DNA of 63,910 nucleotides, the filler included, from Bigelowiella natans CCMP2755 (taxonomy: Eukaryota > Protista > Cercozoa), in the NCBI GenBank assembly GCA_000320545.1. It is 7 parts of 7 records of this genome, joined end to end, with 100 filler letters (N's around TTAATTAATTAA, not from the genome) between each part and the next. Parts side by side here need not be neighbours in the genome. Positions count along the whole stretch, not along the records: positions 61,515 to 63,910 come from ADNK01001579.1; 6 more parts are not named here. The stretch is one strand, 5' to 3'. The notes beneath the pieces were generated by a model, which was not told the origin of the DNA, searched no databases, and was given only the letters and a program-made list of their open reading frames with translations. Of this stretch, positions 62,812 through 63,910 are shown piece by piece (within the stretch, counting starts at the first letter, position 1; each line of letters begins with the position of its first letter). A program made the position numbers and the translations under genes.

Positions 62812-63380
62812 ATACATATCGAGTAAAACATCCACATGTTACTGTGATTATAGTTTACGTGCACATACGTCGAGTTCCCTGGTGAGCTTTCGTGCTTTCT
62901 GCTCGTCCGACAGCAGGGACTGCACTACCGATGTTCGCCTATTATTAGTTGTGATTAAATCAGCGAGCATATGTAGGTGCTCCGTTGAAACGTGGCGATG
63001 CATGCCACCGCACTCCTTACTGGCGAGATAACACTCACAATGCACGCGGCAATCAAATGAAGAAGCAGCAAAACACGCCTGAGCACATATTGTCACGAAG
63101 ATGGGAATGCTCCGTACTCAGTGTGCATAGTCCGCAGAAGGCGCGCCTCCGTATCGATGCCTCGTTCATCATTTCGCTCATTAAATTCTCCCTCTGCGGC
63201 TGCTTTCTCGTTGCTGTTCCGGGCGTTGTTGTTGATGTAAGTCGTCAGTGCATCACCGCCCAAGAAGCCCTGCTCCTGACCATCGATTATATCCATAATA
63301 TCCTCCTCGTTGAAACCCTGTGTGTGGGAGATAAGATGGAATTATGATGAGTAGATCATGTATTTAATCTTATATTATAT

Positions 63381-63416
<36 letters not shown>

Positions 63417-63541
63417 GAGTGTGTGTGTGTGTGTACGTGTGTTTGTTTATTATGCATGTATCTGTGTGTGTCAAGCAGGAGAGAAAGAAAAAGAGAAAGA
63501 GAAAGAAAAAGGGAGAGAACATAAGGCAGAGAAAGAGAGAA

Positions 63542-63575
<34 letters not shown>

Positions 63576-63797
63576 TACAGAATGCAGAGGCCTAAAATCC
63601 ATGGCAAATGCTCGATCATCACAAACCCTCTCGATGCCGCTTTCATATATTCTCTCATCTGCCTTCTTCCTCTGGCTTGTCCGGAGATCTGCTCTCGCCC
63701 CAGCATCGCTTGTTGACCCGCCACCGTCTTCTTCTCTGTCCATTTCTCGCACCGTTGCCCTCGAAGGGATGTTTTGACTGTTATCACTCACGTCCAT
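61515..63797 (-). CDS. Probable multi-exon hypothetical protein
   Basis: Several protein-like minus-strand segments with splice-like ends (MDVSDNSQ.., MDIIDGQEQG.., EMAKSSGQEQLASYLEGLLK|). No family recognised and the exon chain was not resolved. Confidence 0.35.
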
Positions 63798-63857
63798 GTC
63801 GACAGCCTAAGAAGAGGCGGAATTAGATGTGGAAGGACCGCAAAATGTTAAATGATA

Positions 63858-63896
<39 letters not shown>

Positions 63897-63910
63897 TTAT
63901 ATGTATATAG

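Overview
This is eukaryotic nuclear DNA with many GT-AG introns and dense microsatellites. It comes from a draft assembly in which seven contigs are joined by artificial 100-nt linkers (N44-TTAATTAATTAA-N44). Bipartite signal-plus-transit leaders, two ending in LRGG, suggest an alga with a secondary plastid, most like a chlorarachniophyte (inference). Genes recognisable after manual splicing: alkaline ceramidase, a PHTF-like 7TM protein, a C2H2 zinc-finger protein, a PHB-depolymerase-like esterase, a divergent CWC27-type cyclophilin, an importin-4-like karyopherin with a bipartite leader, a multi-TM plus FemAB/GNAT-like protein, a DOT1-like methyltransferase, a PhyH dioxygenase, a sulfotransferase, an ankyrin-repeat protein, and HECT and phosphoglucomutase 3' ends. 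The most striking signal is non-genic. About eight intergenic blocks of 0.7-1.9 kb are (i) almost free of TpA, with evidence of directional TA->TG/CA change, and (ii) peppered with CTAG flanked by a perfect 4-nt direct duplication (NNNN-CTAG-NNNN; about 45 cases counted by eye). One block holds a fossil SF1 helicase whose conserved motifs are broken by these same lesions. Together they point to a possibly undescribed system that mutates and inactivates mobile-element DNA, or to a transposon footprint targeted to such DNA. All exon coordinates and counts were read by eye and are approximate where stated.
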